From contig CALSNU010000002.1 of assembly GCA_943787795.1 (NCBI GenBank), positions 736,001-800,000 on the forward strand: a stretch of 64,000 bases of DNA, given 5' to 3'. Origin of the DNA: an uncultured bacterium. GTDB lineage: Bacteria > Planctomycetota > UBA1135 > GCA-002686595. This document shows, one piece after another, positions 39,283-49,152 of this stretch. The translations under genes and the position numbers were made by a program. The notes beneath the pieces were generated by a model. It was not told the origin of the DNA, did not search any database, and worked only from the letters and a program-made list of their open reading frames with translations. How positions within the stretch are numbered: the stretch's first letter is position 1; each line of letters begins with the position of its first letter.

Positions 39283-41265
39283 TCAGCGGTCGCTGACGGT
39301 GACGCCGATCTCGGCTGCGGAGGCCCAGGGGCCGCCCTTGTTCTCGGAGAGGACGCGGACGCGCACGTAGCGGGCGGGGACGGGGGCGGGGAGGTCGAGG
39401 CGCTGGCCCTTGCGCAGGCGCTTGAAGGTGGTGGCGGCCGCGGGCGTCTCGGGGAAGCGCTCGGGGTCGGTGGAGAGGTAGAGCTCGGTCTCGGCGAAGG
39501 CGCCGTTCCAGCCTCCGTCCTGTCGGGCGAGGTAGCGCAGGCCGGTGACGGCGCGCACGGCGCCCAGGTCGATCACGAGCTCGTGGGGGTGCCTCTCAAG
39601 CACGTCGGAGAAGCGCGTGTGCCAGATGGTGCTGGGGTCCCCGTCGATAGCGCGGGCGGCGAGCTTGCCGTTGGCCTCGTTCTGGCTGCTGAAGGAGACG
39701 ACGGTCATGTCGGCGGCGGGCAGCAGGTCCTTGCCCTTGAGCTGGTTGGGCTTGCCCTTGGGCCTCCTCGGCGCGGGGCGGTCGGGGGACGTGCCCCACT
39801 TGGCGTCGCGGTCCTTCTCGTGGCGGGCGCGGGCGGGGTCGTGGTAGGTGCCGGGCCGGGCGGGGGTGAACTCACGGGCGGCGATGGCGGCCATGGCGGC
39901 GATCCGCTCGGGATGCTCGGCGGCGAGGTCGCGCTCCTCGCTCACGTCGCTGGCGAGGTCGTAGAGGGTCCAGGTCCCGGTGCCGCCCGCGAGCACCTGG
40001 TCCCAGCCGCCCCCGCCCTTGCGGGAGAGCAGGCCCTTCCAGTCGCCCATGCGCACCGCCAGCTGGCTGCCGAACTCCCAGTAGAGGAAGTCGTGCTCCG
40101 GCTGGTCGCCGGAGGCCAGCAGCGTCGGCGCGATGGACATGCCGTCGATGCCCTCGGGGGAGGTCGCGCCGGTGAGCGCGGCGATGGTGGGGAGCACGTC
40201 GGGCTGGTAGAAGACCAGGTCGCTCACCGTCCCGGCGGGGATGTGGCCCGGCCAGCGGGCCATGGAGGGGATGCGCAGGCCGCCCTCGAAGAGGTTGCCC
40301 TTGCCGCCCCGGAACTCCACGCCCGTGCGCGGGTCCACGTTGGGGCCGAAGAAGCCCCGCGGGTGGTCGGGGGAGCGGAAGCGGTCCTGGCCGCCGTTGT
40401 CCCCGGTGAAGAAGACCACGGTGTTGTCGTCGAGGCCGAGCTCGTCGAGGAGCTCGAGCACCTGGCCGAGGTTGCGGTCCACGAGGCTCACCATGGCCGC
40501 GTAGTTCTTCACGTCCTGCTTCACGTCGTCCCGCTGCATCCACTCGTCGTCCTCGTAGAGCGCCCACACCGGGTCGTCCTCGGGGATGTCGTACATGCCG
40601 TGGGGCGGCGTGATGGGCAGGTAGCAGAAGAAGGGCTCGTCCTCGTGCTCGCGGATGAAGTCGAGGCTGGCGTCCATGATCTCGTAGTGCGAGTAGGTCT
40701 CGCCGCTGCGGCCGCCGACGTTGCCTGCCAGCGGCACCTCCTCGCTGTTCCGCACCAGGTACGGCGGATAGAAGGAGTGGGCGTGGACCTGGTCGTAGTA
40801 CCCGAAGAACGTGTCGAAGCCGTGCTCCTCCGGGACGCCCGTGGAGTCGCGCCCGCCGCAGCCCCACTTGCCGAAGCCGCCGGTGGCGTAGCCCTGCTCC
40901 TTGAGCATGGAGGCGATGGTCGGCTCGCCTTCTCGGAGCGGTGTGCCGCCGTCATTGGCGCGCACCGAGGCGTGGCCCGCATGCAGCCCCGTCATCAGGT
41001 TGCAGCGCAGGGGGGCGCAGACGGGTGAGCCCGCATAGGCGCGGGTGAAGCGCATGCCTTCGGTGGCGAACCGGTCGATGTTGGGCGTCCGGATGTAGGG
41101 ATTGCCCATGTGCCCCAGCTCGAAGTAAGCGAGCTCGTCGCTCAACACATAGACGATGTTCGGGCGCGTCTCGCCCTCCCCGGCAGTCTCTGCTCGGTGG
41201 GCCTCGGAGGAGGCGGAGCAGGCGAGGATGAGCAGGGAGGCGAGGAGCAGGGGGCGTTGGTGCAT
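39283..41265 (-). CDS. Arylsulfatase with C-terminal F5/8 type C (discoidin/CBM32-like) domain, lipoprotein
   Basis: Lipobox ILAC; RPNIVYVLSDE, CAPLR, GKWG, GDNG, LFEGGLRIP; C-terminal AIDGDPSTIWHT...ARYVRV...SAAEI. Confidence 0.92.
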   Translation of the reverse strand: MHQRPLLLASLLILACSASSEAHRAETAGEGETRPNIVYVLSDELAYFELGHMGNPYIRTPNIDRFATEGMRFTRAYAGSPVCAPLRCNLMTGLHAGHASVRANDGGTPLREGEPTIASMLKEQGYATGGFGKWGCGGRDSTGVPEEHGFDTFFGYYDQVHAHSFYPPYLVRNSEEVPLAGNVGGRSGETYSHYEIMDASLDFIREHEDEPFFCYLPITPPHGMYDIPEDDPVWALYEDDEWMQRDDVKQDVKNYAAMVSLVDRNLGQVLELLDELGLDDNTVVFFTGDNGGQDRFRSPDHPRGFFGPNVDPRTGVEFRGGKGNLFEGGLRIPSMARWPGHIPAGTVSDLVFYQPDVLPTIAALTGATSPEGIDGMSIAPTLLASGDQPEHDFLYWEFGSQLAVRMGDWKGLLSRKGGGGWDQVLAGGTGTWTLYDLASDVSEERDLAAEHPERIAAMAAIAAREFTPARPGTYHDPARARHEKDRDAKWGTSPDRPAPRRPKGKPNQLKGKDLLPAADMTVVSFSSQNEANGKLAARAIDGDPSTIWHTRFSDVLERHPHELVIDLGAVRAVTGLRYLARQDGGWNGAFAETELYLSTDPERFPETPAAATTFKRLRKGQRLDLPAPVPARYVRVRVLSENKGGPWASAAEIGVTVSDR

Positions 41266-41491
41266 GCTTCTGGTCTAGCACAGTGAAGCGCGGCCTGCTC
41301 GTCAGTCGATAGACTGCGCCCTAGCATTCGCCGCAATCGCGCCCGATCGGGTGAGGCCGCTGTATCCGGGGACTCCCATCGACGGATTGAAGCGCCCGGC
41401 GACCCACCTCACGTGAAGCCCGTAGCCGCCTCGGCCCCGGCTGCGAATTATCAACCTCGGCTCCTCGGTCTCGGTTCCCCTACCCCTGCCC

Positions 41492-43111
41492 ATGCTCTCC
41501 CTCCTCCTGCTCGCCGCTGCTACTGCCCCGCTCCAGGGCCATGATCCCTTCCGCGACGTGGTCCGCGCGCAGCACGCGCTCTTCACGGTGGGCGTCTCGA
41601 GCCAGAGTGAGGTGAGGCCTGCCGGAGACCTTGACGGGGACGGACTCCAGGAGCTGGTGGTGGAGCTGGAGCAGGTCCTGCTCGTCCGGCACGGCGGGGA
41701 CGGGGCGCCCGTGCGAGCCCTCGTGGAGCTGGGGCACCCGGGCGCCTGGGACGTGGGGCCGGACGTGGACGGCGACGGCGCGGCGGAGGTCGTGATCGTC
41801 TCACCCTCGGGGGAAGGCGTGGCGGTGGCCGTGCTCGGCGCGGAGGACGGCGCGCGGCGCTGGGCGACGGCGACCCTCAAGATCGCGCCCACGCTGGTGG
41901 TCTGGACGGGGGACCTGGATGGTGACGGCGTCGCGGACGTCGCCATGGGAGACCCCGCAGGAAACTTCGTGAAGACGCTCTCCGGCGCGACGGGCAAGCG
42001 CCTGTGGCGCTCGAAGGTCTCAGGCGGCATGGCCCGCCTTCAGGCCGCCAGGGATCGCGACGGGGACGGCGTGGACGACCTGCTCGTGGACCGCGGGCGC
42101 CGCAACCTCGGCGCCACTTGGCTCTCCGGGAAGACAGGCCAGCCCATGGCCGAGGCCGGTTCCCCGCGCGGCACCTGGACCTTCGCCGGGGACCTGGACG
42201 GCGACGGGGAGCGAGACGGCGTGCTGCAGCTCGGCGGGAGCATCGGCGTTCAGACCGAGGTTCACCTCAGCGGTCGCGAGGAGCCGGTCGTGTGCACGGG
42301 TCCCGACTACCTGCCGGATGACGTCGCCGCGCGGATGGTGGGGGACGTGGACGGCGACGGCGTGGCCGATCTCGCCCAAGGCGACTGCAACTTCAACTTC
42401 CTGGGGAACGCGCAGCTCAAGAACAACGGTGGGGGCGAGGTGATCGAGCTCGAGGCCCTGACCCTCGCGGCTGCGCTCGCCCTCGAGTCCAGGCCCTGTT
42501 CCGTCTCCATGGTCGAATCGGGCTGCGTGTGGGTCTTCTCCGGCGCGACGGGCGGGGTGATCATGGGCATCTACGGGGAGCCGGGGACGTCCACGGGGCT
42601 CGGTCGAGACGTCTTCAGGGTCGGGGACCAGGACGGGGACGGCCGGGCGGACGTGGGGCTCTTGATCGGCGAGCAGCTGCACGTCTTCGGCACCCGCCGC
42701 AGGTTCTCTGCGGACGTCTTCGAGTGGTTGCCGGGCCACTGGCTGGGGGAGATGACGTGGGAGGGGACCGCGATGACCATCGAGGAGGTCTGGCTCCCGG
42801 AGGCCGCGGGCGCGCTCCACGCGGTGGCGCGCACCTACATCCCCGGCGAGCGCGAGGTCGGCAGCTTTGAGTTCCTTCGGATCGAGCGCGACGGGGACGC
42901 CGTCGTCCTCCAGGCCCAGCCGTCCGGCGAGCCCCCGACCCCCTTCCAGGCCGTGGAGCAGTCCGCTGGTTCGGTGCTCTTCCGACGGGAGGGGACGGGC
43001 CTGCCCTCTTGGATCCGCTACACGCGCGTCGGCGACGAGCTCCGCGCGGAGCTGGGCGAGACGGATCAGCCGCCGATGCTCTCCTTGCGCTGGAGGCTCA
43101 AGGGCCAGTAG
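41492..43111 (+). CDS. FG-GAP repeat protein fused to a C-terminal DUF6265-like domain
   Basis: GDLDGDG repeats; C-terminal EWLPGHW...IEEVWLP...FEFLRIE...AQPSG...PSWIRY. Confidence 0.75.
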   Translation: MLSLLLLAAATAPLQGHDPFRDVVRAQHALFTVGVSSQSEVRPAGDLDGDGLQELVVELEQVLLVRHGGDGAPVRALVELGHPGAWDVGPDVDGDGAAEVVIVSPSGEGVAVAVLGAEDGARRWATATLKIAPTLVVWTGDLDGDGVADVAMGDPAGNFVKTLSGATGKRLWRSKVSGGMARLQAARDRDGDGVDDLLVDRGRRNLGATWLSGKTGQPMAEAGSPRGTWTFAGDLDGDGERDGVLQLGGSIGVQTEVHLSGREEPVVCTGPDYLPDDVAARMVGDVDGDGVADLAQGDCNFNFLGNAQLKNNGGGEVIELEALTLAAALALESRPCSVSMVESGCVWVFSGATGGVIMGIYGEPGTSTGLGRDVFRVGDQDGDGRADVGLLIGEQLHVFGTRRRFSADVFEWLPGHWLGEMTWEGTAMTIEEVWLPEAAGALHAVARTYIPGEREVGSFEFLRIERDGDAVVLQAQPSGEPPTPFQAVEQSAGSVLFRREGTGLPSWIRYTRVGDELRAELGETDQPPMLSLRWRLKGQ

Positions 43112-43182
43112 TTCAAGCGTGAGCCGTGGAGCTCGACATCGGGTGATCCGGATGGCGACGCCGCGGCCTTAGACTGCCTGGG

Positions 43183-43749
43183 ATGGTCGACCCCACGCCC
43201 CACGACGCGTTCCTTCGCACGCTGCTGCGGCTTATCCTCGCCGCGGCGATCCTCACGGCGCCCCTGTTTCTCTTTGGCGAGGGCTTCGAGGCCGAGTACG
43301 TCGGGCGGGTGGCCCTCTCCAACGGCGCCTGCGCGCTCCTCTGTCTCGGGCTGCTGGCGCTCGTTCGGCGCGGCAAGGGGGCGCTCGCCGGGTCGCTCCT
43401 CGTCTGGGGCCTCGCGCTCCTGGTGGGATCGCTGGCCTGGGGCAACGGCGAGCCCGCCCACGTGAACGTGATCAACTTCGTGCTGGTGACGCTGCTCGCC
43501 AGCGTGGTGGGAAGCCGGCGGGAGGTCCTCCTGCTCGGCGCGCTGTCCGCGATCGAGATGGCGGTCATCGCGTGGCAGCGGCCCCTCATGCCGCCGGGCA
43601 AGGACCTGGCCGAGGCGCGCTTTGAGTCCCTGGTTCAGATCCTCCCGACCTTCCTCGTGGTGGCGGTGATCCTCTGGCTGAGGGCGGGGCAGGAGAGGGG
43701 GGGAGCCGGCGGCGAGCGCCCTGGCAGGGCCAGCCCGCGGAGTCTCTGA
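43183..43749 (+). CDS. Membrane protein (~6 TM)
   Basis: 188 aa, mostly hydrophobic helices. Confidence 0.75.
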   Translation: MVDPTPHDAFLRTLLRLILAAAILTAPLFLFGEGFEAEYVGRVALSNGACALLCLGLLALVRRGKGALAGSLLVWGLALLVGSLAWGNGEPAHVNVINFVLVTLLASVVGSRREVLLLGALSAIEMAVIAWQRPLMPPGKDLAEARFESLVQILPTFLVVAVILWLRAGQERGGAGGERPGRASPRSL

Positions 43750-43920
43750 ATTACGGGTCTCTGAGTTCCGGGTTCCTGACGCTCGGGTTCCGCGGGTTCG
43801 GCAGAGGGTTCCGGCCCCGGGAAATGCACCGGATCGTGCCCCGCGCCGCGGCGCGTAGAGGCCGCTGGATTATTCTTGGCCGCGCCCTGCTCACTCGCTC
43901 TTCGCTCGATGGCCATGCCG

Positions 43921-44913
43921 ATGATCTGCTCCACTGCCCCAGGCAAGCCCCGCTCCCTGCGGGGACTCCTGTCCCGTAACTCATTCAGCGGGGGTCTCTT
44001 GCTCCTCGCCAGCTGTGCCGCGCCGCCCCAGGCGAGCGTCACCCGCCCGGTCTCGGACCTGCCGGACCTGAGCGGGCTCGAGGTCGCGGGCACGGACCTG
44101 TTCATCGCGGTCCACGACGCCAAGGATGAGCCCGACGAGGTCGACCGACCCCGGGTCAGCCTGCTGATGTCGCCGCAGGACCCGAGGGGGATCCTCTGGA
44201 GGCCCATGCGGATGGACTGGCCGACCCGGCCGAGCCACGACCTGGAGAGCGTCGCGCGCATCGGGGCCGGGGACCGCTATCTCCTCTGCGAGAGCGGCAA
44301 CGACGATCCGCTCCGGGCCCCGCGCATCTTCCGTGTGCTCCTCTCGGGGAACGAGATCGAGATCGAGACCGAGGTGGACTGGCCAGCTCCGATCTCCAAT
44401 GTGGAGGCCACCGCGGTGACGAGCGTGCAGGACCAGCTGTACTTCATCTACGCCGAGCGGGCGGACAATCAGGCCTCGACTCAGCTCAACTGGGCGCCCT
44501 TCAACCCGGGCACCATGCACTTCGGCGCGTTCCAATCGGTGACCCTGGACAGTCTTGATCCCGAGAAGATGGCCCGGGGTGTCGTCGGGCTCGACGTGGA
44601 TCCTGGCGGCCGAATCTACACGGTCGCCTCGTTCGATCCCGAGGCCGTCGGCCTGCCCGGCGATCCGGACTTCGGGCCCTTCAGGAGCTCGGTCTGGCGC
44701 GTGGGGCAGATCCGTCCGGCCCAGGGGGCGGCCACGATCGAGCTTGATCCACAGCCCACCCGGATCGCCACCATCGACGGCTTCAAGTGCGAGTCGGTGA
44801 CCCTCGGCTCCGAGAGCCCGCAGCCCACCGTCTACATCGGCTTCGACGACGAGAACTACGCGGGCACGCTGCGCCCCCTGCTCCCAGCCGATGGAGGCCA
44901 AGGGGCGAACTGA
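43921..44913 (+). CDS. Hypothetical lipoprotein (propeller-like)
   Basis: Lipobox LLASC; DLSGL, VHDAK, DLESV, NVEA, KCESV, DDEN motifs; start uncertain (43876-43921). Confidence 0.7.
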   Translation: MICSTAPGKPRSLRGLLSRNSFSGGLLLLASCAAPPQASVTRPVSDLPDLSGLEVAGTDLFIAVHDAKDEPDEVDRPRVSLLMSPQDPRGILWRPMRMDWPTRPSHDLESVARIGAGDRYLLCESGNDDPLRAPRIFRVLLSGNEIEIETEVDWPAPISNVEATAVTSVQDQLYFIYAERADNQASTQLNWAPFNPGTMHFGAFQSVTLDSLDPEKMARGVVGLDVDPGGRIYTVASFDPEAVGLPGDPDFGPFRSSVWRVGQIRPAQGAATIELDPQPTRIATIDGFKCESVTLGSESPQPTVYIGFDDENYAGTLRPLLPADGGQGAN

Positions 44914-44979
44914 GCCCGAAGGCCCGCCACGTCAGGGGCCGCGGCCGCGGCTGAGTTCGCGGCAGCGGCCCGTGGTCGT

Positions 44980-45597
44980 TCAGTGCTCCTCGCCGTCCTT
45001 CGCCGCCGGCGTGGGGACTCCGTAGCGGAGCTCGAGCGCCTGGGCGCCATCGGGGCCGGGTGTGAGCACGTGGACCCGGTCGTAGGCGTCGTGGGGGAGG
45101 TGCCCCTCGGGGACCCGCGTGTTCATGGACGTCTCGGTGAGGTCCCGGAGCGTGACCCCCAGCCGCGCGGCGATGGCCGGGATCGTGTTCGAGTGACCCG
45201 CGACGACGATCACGTCCGTCCCCTTGGCTCCCACGAGCCGGGCGATCAGGCCGTCCATGTCCCGGGCGGGGAGGGTCTCGCTGGTGAGGTCGAGCTGCTT
45301 CGCCAGCGGTGCCAGCGTGTCCCGCGTCCGCTTGTATTCGCTGTGGATGAGCACCGTGACGCCCGCAGCCGCGAACATCCGCGCGAAGGCCTCGGCTCGC
45401 TCACGGCCGGCCTCCGAGAGGTCCGGGTCGCGCGGGTCGTTCTTGGCCTTCTCCGTGTGTCGGACGAGGATCACCCTGGCCTTCAGCCGCGGCGCCGCGG
45501 ACGCGGGGTCTGGCTCTTGGCCCCCGGCGAAGGCAGGGAGCGAGGTCAGCGGGAGGGCGGCGGTGGCGGCGAGGAACTGGCGTCGAGAGGTGCTCAT
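44980..45597 (-). CDS. Histidine phosphatase family protein (SixA-like), Tat-exported
   Basis: SRRQFL Tat motif; LVRHTEK, LSEAGRERA, RTRDT, GHSNTIP. Confidence 0.88.
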   Translation of the reverse strand: MSTSRRQFLAATAALPLTSLPAFAGGQEPDPASAAPRLKARVILVRHTEKAKNDPRDPDLSEAGRERAEAFARMFAAAGVTVLIHSEYKRTRDTLAPLAKQLDLTSETLPARDMDGLIARLVGAKGTDVIVVAGHSNTIPAIAARLGVTLRDLTETSMNTRVPEGHLPHDAYDRVHVLTPGPDGAQALELRYGVPTPAAKDGEEH

Positions 45598-45638
45598 GGC
45601 CCCCACGCTAGGGGGGACCAGCTCGCTGCGCACCCCCT

Positions 45639-45702
45639 CAGCCCCCGTTCGCCGCAGCCCCCGTTCGCCGCAGCTCCCTTCGGCCTCAGCCGCCGTTCGC
45701 GT
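45639..45702. repeat. Four 16-bp tandem units overlapping the stop codon of the ytxJ-like gene
   Basis: CAGCCCCCGTTCGCCG x2, CAGCTCCCTTCGGCCT, CAGCCGCCGTTCGCGT. Confidence 0.75.
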
Positions 45703-46045
45703 CGGTGAAGCGGGCGCAGGTCAGGGCGCCGTGGCTGTCGTGCCAGGCGAGGTCGCCTCCGGTGAACCACAGGGCCTGGGGAGACTGGTGCTCGACGTCG
45801 AGGGCGGAGGTGAGGCCGCGGGCGAGGGGGCGCTCGGCGATCACGTCGATCCAGGCGATGCGGACGGGGTCGGCGTCGTCCACGTCCTTCAGCCACTGCT
45901 TGAACTCGAACTCCGCGCGGGTGCTCGTGGGGCAGATGGGGGACTTCTTGAACACGACCACGTGGGCCTCGGCGGAGGCCTCACGCAGAGCGGAGAGGGC
46001 CGCCTCGGGGTCGGCGGGCAGGGAGAGTTCGCGAGGCTGGGTCAT
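45686..46045 (-). CDS. YtxJ/BrxC-like monothiol thioredoxin-fold protein (DUF2847)
   Basis: VFKKSPICPTS, DVIAERPLA, VEHQSPQAL, WHDSH match the YtxJ pattern. Confidence 0.8.
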   Translation of the reverse strand: MTQPRELSLPADPEAALSALREASAEAHVVVFKKSPICPTSTRAEFEFKQWLKDVDDADPVRIAWIDVIAERPLARGLTSALDVEHQSPQALWFTGGDLAWHDSHGALTCARFTDANGG

Positions 46046-46057
46046 GGGAGGAGGGGG

Positions 46058-46738
46058 CTAGCTCCGCTTCTTGCGGGCCGTGGTCTTGCGGGCGGGCTTC
46101 TTCTTGGCCGATGACGCGGTGGCTTTCGAGGTGCGGGTCGCGGCTTTCTTGGTCGCCGACTTCTTGCTGACGGCAGCCTTCCTCGGGGCGGCCTTCTTCC
46201 GCGTCACCTTCTTGGCGGCCGCCTTGCGAGCGGGCGTCTTCTTCGCCGCGGGCTTCTTGCTCGAGGGCTTCTTCTTGCGGGCCGTCGCGCTGACCACGTT
46301 GGCCTCGTAGTGCTTGATGAACTTCGCGGCGGTCATGCGCTTGACGGCGGCGCCGAGGGACGTGAGGCACACGTCCTCGAGCTTCTTGAACCGCACGCAG
46401 GACTTGCCCATGTCGAGCTTCTTGCCGGACTTCGCCCACTGCTTCTCGAAGCGCGCGGCCTCCGCCTCGTCGCCGTAGATGCAGAAGAGGTAGACCGCCA
46501 TGTGGTTCTTCTGGCTGGCGATGCTCATGAAGGGCAGCGGCTGGTCCGGGCTGCAGTGGTAGCCGTCGGGATAGACCGAGTGCGGGATGAAGTAGCCGAT
46601 CATCCCGTACTGGATGCCCTCCTTGACCTTGGGGTCGAGGTTGGCCTTGATGACCTTGCGGAGGGCCTGCAGGGCCTTCTTGCGTTCGGGCTCCAGGGCG
46701 GCGAGGTACTGGGTCACGGTGGCAGGCTTTTGGCTCAT
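46058..46738 (-). CDS. DUF1801 domain protein with a Lys/Ala-rich histone-H1-like tail
   Basis: TVTQYLAAL, YGMIGYFIPHSVYPDGYHC, ASQKNHMAVY, KLDMGKSCVRFKKL; ~65-aa KKPAAKK-type tail. Confidence 0.88.
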   Translation of the reverse strand: MSQKPATVTQYLAALEPERKKALQALRKVIKANLDPKVKEGIQYGMIGYFIPHSVYPDGYHCSPDQPLPFMSIASQKNHMAVYLFCIYGDEAEAARFEKQWAKSGKKLDMGKSCVRFKKLEDVCLTSLGAAVKRMTAAKFIKHYEANVVSATARKKKPSSKKPAAKKTPARKAAAKKVTRKKAAPRKAAVSKKSATKKAATRTSKATASSAKKKPARKTTARKKRS

Positions 46739-46855
46739 GGGACCAGGGTACGTGCTCGCTGAATGAAGGGAAGGGCTCCGGTCGGGCGCTCGCGGCGCGC
46801 ATGATGCTGGGCATGCAGAGCACGCCCTCTGAACGAGCATTCCAGGAGAGTTCCC

Positions 46856-48304
46856 GTGCAGCGTGAAGAGATCGAGCCGGCCCTGAGGGCGGCGCTCGAG
46901 GCCTCCCTCGCGTTCCAGGAGGGCCTCGACACGGCGCGGGTGGGCGCTTGCGCGGGGCCCCCGCCGCTGGTGCCCCTGCCGGACTCGGGGGTGGGCGCTG
47001 CCAGCGCCCTCGCCGAGCTCGTGCGTCGAGCTGAGGGCCGCGCGGCCGCCAGCGCGGGGCCGCGCTACTTTCACTACGTCGTCGGTGGGGTCACCGGGGC
47101 CAGCCTGGCCGCGGACTGGTTTGCGTCGGCCCTTGATCAGGTGGCCTCCTCGTCCACAGGTTCGCCCCTGGCGGTGGACGTGGAGGAGGCGGCCACTCGC
47201 TGGCTGGCGGAGCTCTTCGACCTGGATCCCGAGGCCTGGACCGGGGTCTGCACCACGGGGGCCACGACGGCGAGCCTGGTGGGGCTCGGCGCCGCGCGGC
47301 AGTGGTGGGGGGAGCGGCTCGGCGTCGACGTGGCCGAGGAGGGGATCGCGGGGCTCCCCCGGCCCGTGGTGCTCACCAGCGGCTTCGTGCACGCCAGCGT
47401 GATCAAGTGCCTCGCCATGCTCGGGATCGGGCGGGCGTGCTGCGAGCGGCTCTCCGTGGACAACCGCGGGACCCTCGACGTCGAGGCGCTCGAGCGCCGG
47501 CTCGCGTCCATGGGGGACGAGCCGGCCATCGTCGTCGCTACCGCAGGAGAGGTGAACTCGGGGCGCTTCGACCCCCTGGGCGCCGTGGCAGACCGATGCG
47601 AGCAATACGGCGCGTGGCTCCACGTGGACGCCGCCTTCGGGCTCTTCGCCCGCGTCGCGCCCGGCGTGGCGGACCTCGCGGACGGGATCGAGCGGGCCGA
47701 CTCCATCGCGGCGGACGCCCACAAGTGGCTCAATGTGCCCTACGACAGCGGCTTCGCCCTGGTGCGCCAGCGGTCGCTCCTGGCCAAGACGTTCCGCATG
47801 GTGGCCGCCTACCTGCCACCGAGCGCCGGTGATGGAGCGCCGCCGAGGGTGCCGGCCAACCTGGGGCCGGAGTGCAGTCGCCGCGCGCGGGCCCTGCCCA
47901 TCTTCGCGGCGCTGCTGAGCGAGGGGCGGGCGGGGATCCGGGCCATGGTGGAGGGGCACGTTCTTCTCGCGGACCAGCTGCGGGGTCTTGTGGCGGCCGC
48001 TCCGGACCTCGAGCTGGTCGACGAGACCCGGCTCAACGTCGTCCCCTTTCGCTTCGCCCCGCGGGGCGTTCGGCGGCGCGATCTGGACCCGCTCAACCGC
48101 GCCCTCGGGCAGCGAGTCCTTGAGGACGGCCGGGTCTTTGTGGGGACGACGCGCTACCGCAGCGTGGTCTGCATGAGGCCCGCGATCGCCAACTGGCGAA
48201 CGCGTCCTGAGGACGTGGAGCGGCTCGTCAGCGTGGTGCGGGAGCTGGGCGCCGAGCTGCTCGAGGGGGACGAGGTCGTGCCTAGGAGTTCTCGGCGAGG
48301 GTGA
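46856..48304 (+). CDS. Group II PLP-dependent decarboxylase
   Basis: PRYFHYVVGG, GATTASLVGL, TAGEVNSGRFD, WLHVDAAFG, DAHKWLNVPYDSG; GTG start. Confidence 0.9.
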   Translation: MQREEIEPALRAALEASLAFQEGLDTARVGACAGPPPLVPLPDSGVGAASALAELVRRAEGRAAASAGPRYFHYVVGGVTGASLAADWFASALDQVASSSTGSPLAVDVEEAATRWLAELFDLDPEAWTGVCTTGATTASLVGLGAARQWWGERLGVDVAEEGIAGLPRPVVLTSGFVHASVIKCLAMLGIGRACCERLSVDNRGTLDVEALERRLASMGDEPAIVVATAGEVNSGRFDPLGAVADRCEQYGAWLHVDAAFGLFARVAPGVADLADGIERADSIAADAHKWLNVPYDSGFALVRQRSLLAKTFRMVAAYLPPSAGDGAPPRVPANLGPECSRRARALPIFAALLSEGRAGIRAMVEGHVLLADQLRGLVAAAPDLELVDETRLNVVPFRFAPRGVRRRDLDPLNRALGQRVLEDGRVFVGTTRYRSVVCMRPAIANWRTRPEDVERLVSVVRELGAELLEGDEVVPRSSRRG

Positions 48305-49031
48305 ACCCCTCGGGGACCACCAGGCGGAAGTGGGCGTCGATGCTCCTGTGGAAGGGGTCACGGGCCGCCCGCAGGATCTCGAACTCGAGCACGTCCTCGC
48401 CCTCACCGGTCACGCGCACGCGAACCGGGACGTCCCTGCCGTCTGCGAACGTCAGCTCCAGTCGCTGGAGCCCAACGATCTTGACCCCGGGCGCGGGCGC
48501 CATGGAAATATTCGTCTGCCGCGGGTCCTCGGGGGAGGTCTCCACGGCGGTGATCTCCATGGCCCTCGCCAGGCTGTCCAAGTCGAGCATCAGGGAGGCG
48601 ACACCGACGATCGCTCGCCCATTGCGGTCGTAGCGCCAGCGGCTCGCGTGCTTGCGGTTGACGGTCAGCACGAGGCGTTCGGTCGGAGTCTCCAGGACCT
48701 GCCGGGCCCTGGAGCCCCCGGGGCGGTAGAGCAGAGTTGCGGGGCTGCGACGCACGGAGAGGGGCCCCTCGGAGACGTGCTTGGCCCCCGAGGAGGAGAT
48801 GATCTCCTGGCGGACGCAGAGGGTCTCCAGCACCTCGACTTCGGCCAACGCCTCGGACCTGGGGCCCATGACCGCGAGCGCGGCGGCGACGATGGCGGGG
48901 TCGCCACCAAAGGTCACGGGTTCGGTGACCCGGTCGGCGCTGGCGCACCCTCCCGTGACGAGGGTGGTGACGAGGATCGCGGCGGGCAGCAGCGATTGGA
49001 ACAGGGCCTTGGTGGGGCTGAGGTGGAGCAT
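48282..49031 (-). CDS. Lipoprotein, LolA-like fold candidate
   Basis: Lipobox-like TGGC; beta-rich; ends HFRLVVPEGFTL, similar to the LolA F.F..P.G motif. Confidence 0.55.
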   Translation of the reverse strand: MLHLSPTKALFQSLLPAAILVTTLVTGGCASADRVTEPVTFGGDPAIVAAALAVMGPRSEALAEVEVLETLCVRQEIISSSGAKHVSEGPLSVRRSPATLLYRPGGSRARQVLETPTERLVLTVNRKHASRWRYDRNGRAIVGVASLMLDLDSLARAMEITAVETSPEDPRQTNISMAPAPGVKIVGLQRLELTFADGRDVPVRVRVTGEGEDVLEFEILRAARDPFHRSIDAHFRLVVPEGFTLAENS

Positions 49032-49152
49032 GGGGGTCCAGGCGGGGGAGGGCGGGGTGCAGATCCTACGGAGCCAGGCGGCGTGTGGGGTCGGCCCCAC
49101 GGGGGATGGCGGTCTCGGATGGCTCGCCGAGGAGCGGATAAGCTGGTCAGCG

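Noticed and set aside
46058..48406. 782-aa ORF
   Set aside because: Real coding part starts at 46738; the extension is antisense to the decarboxylase.
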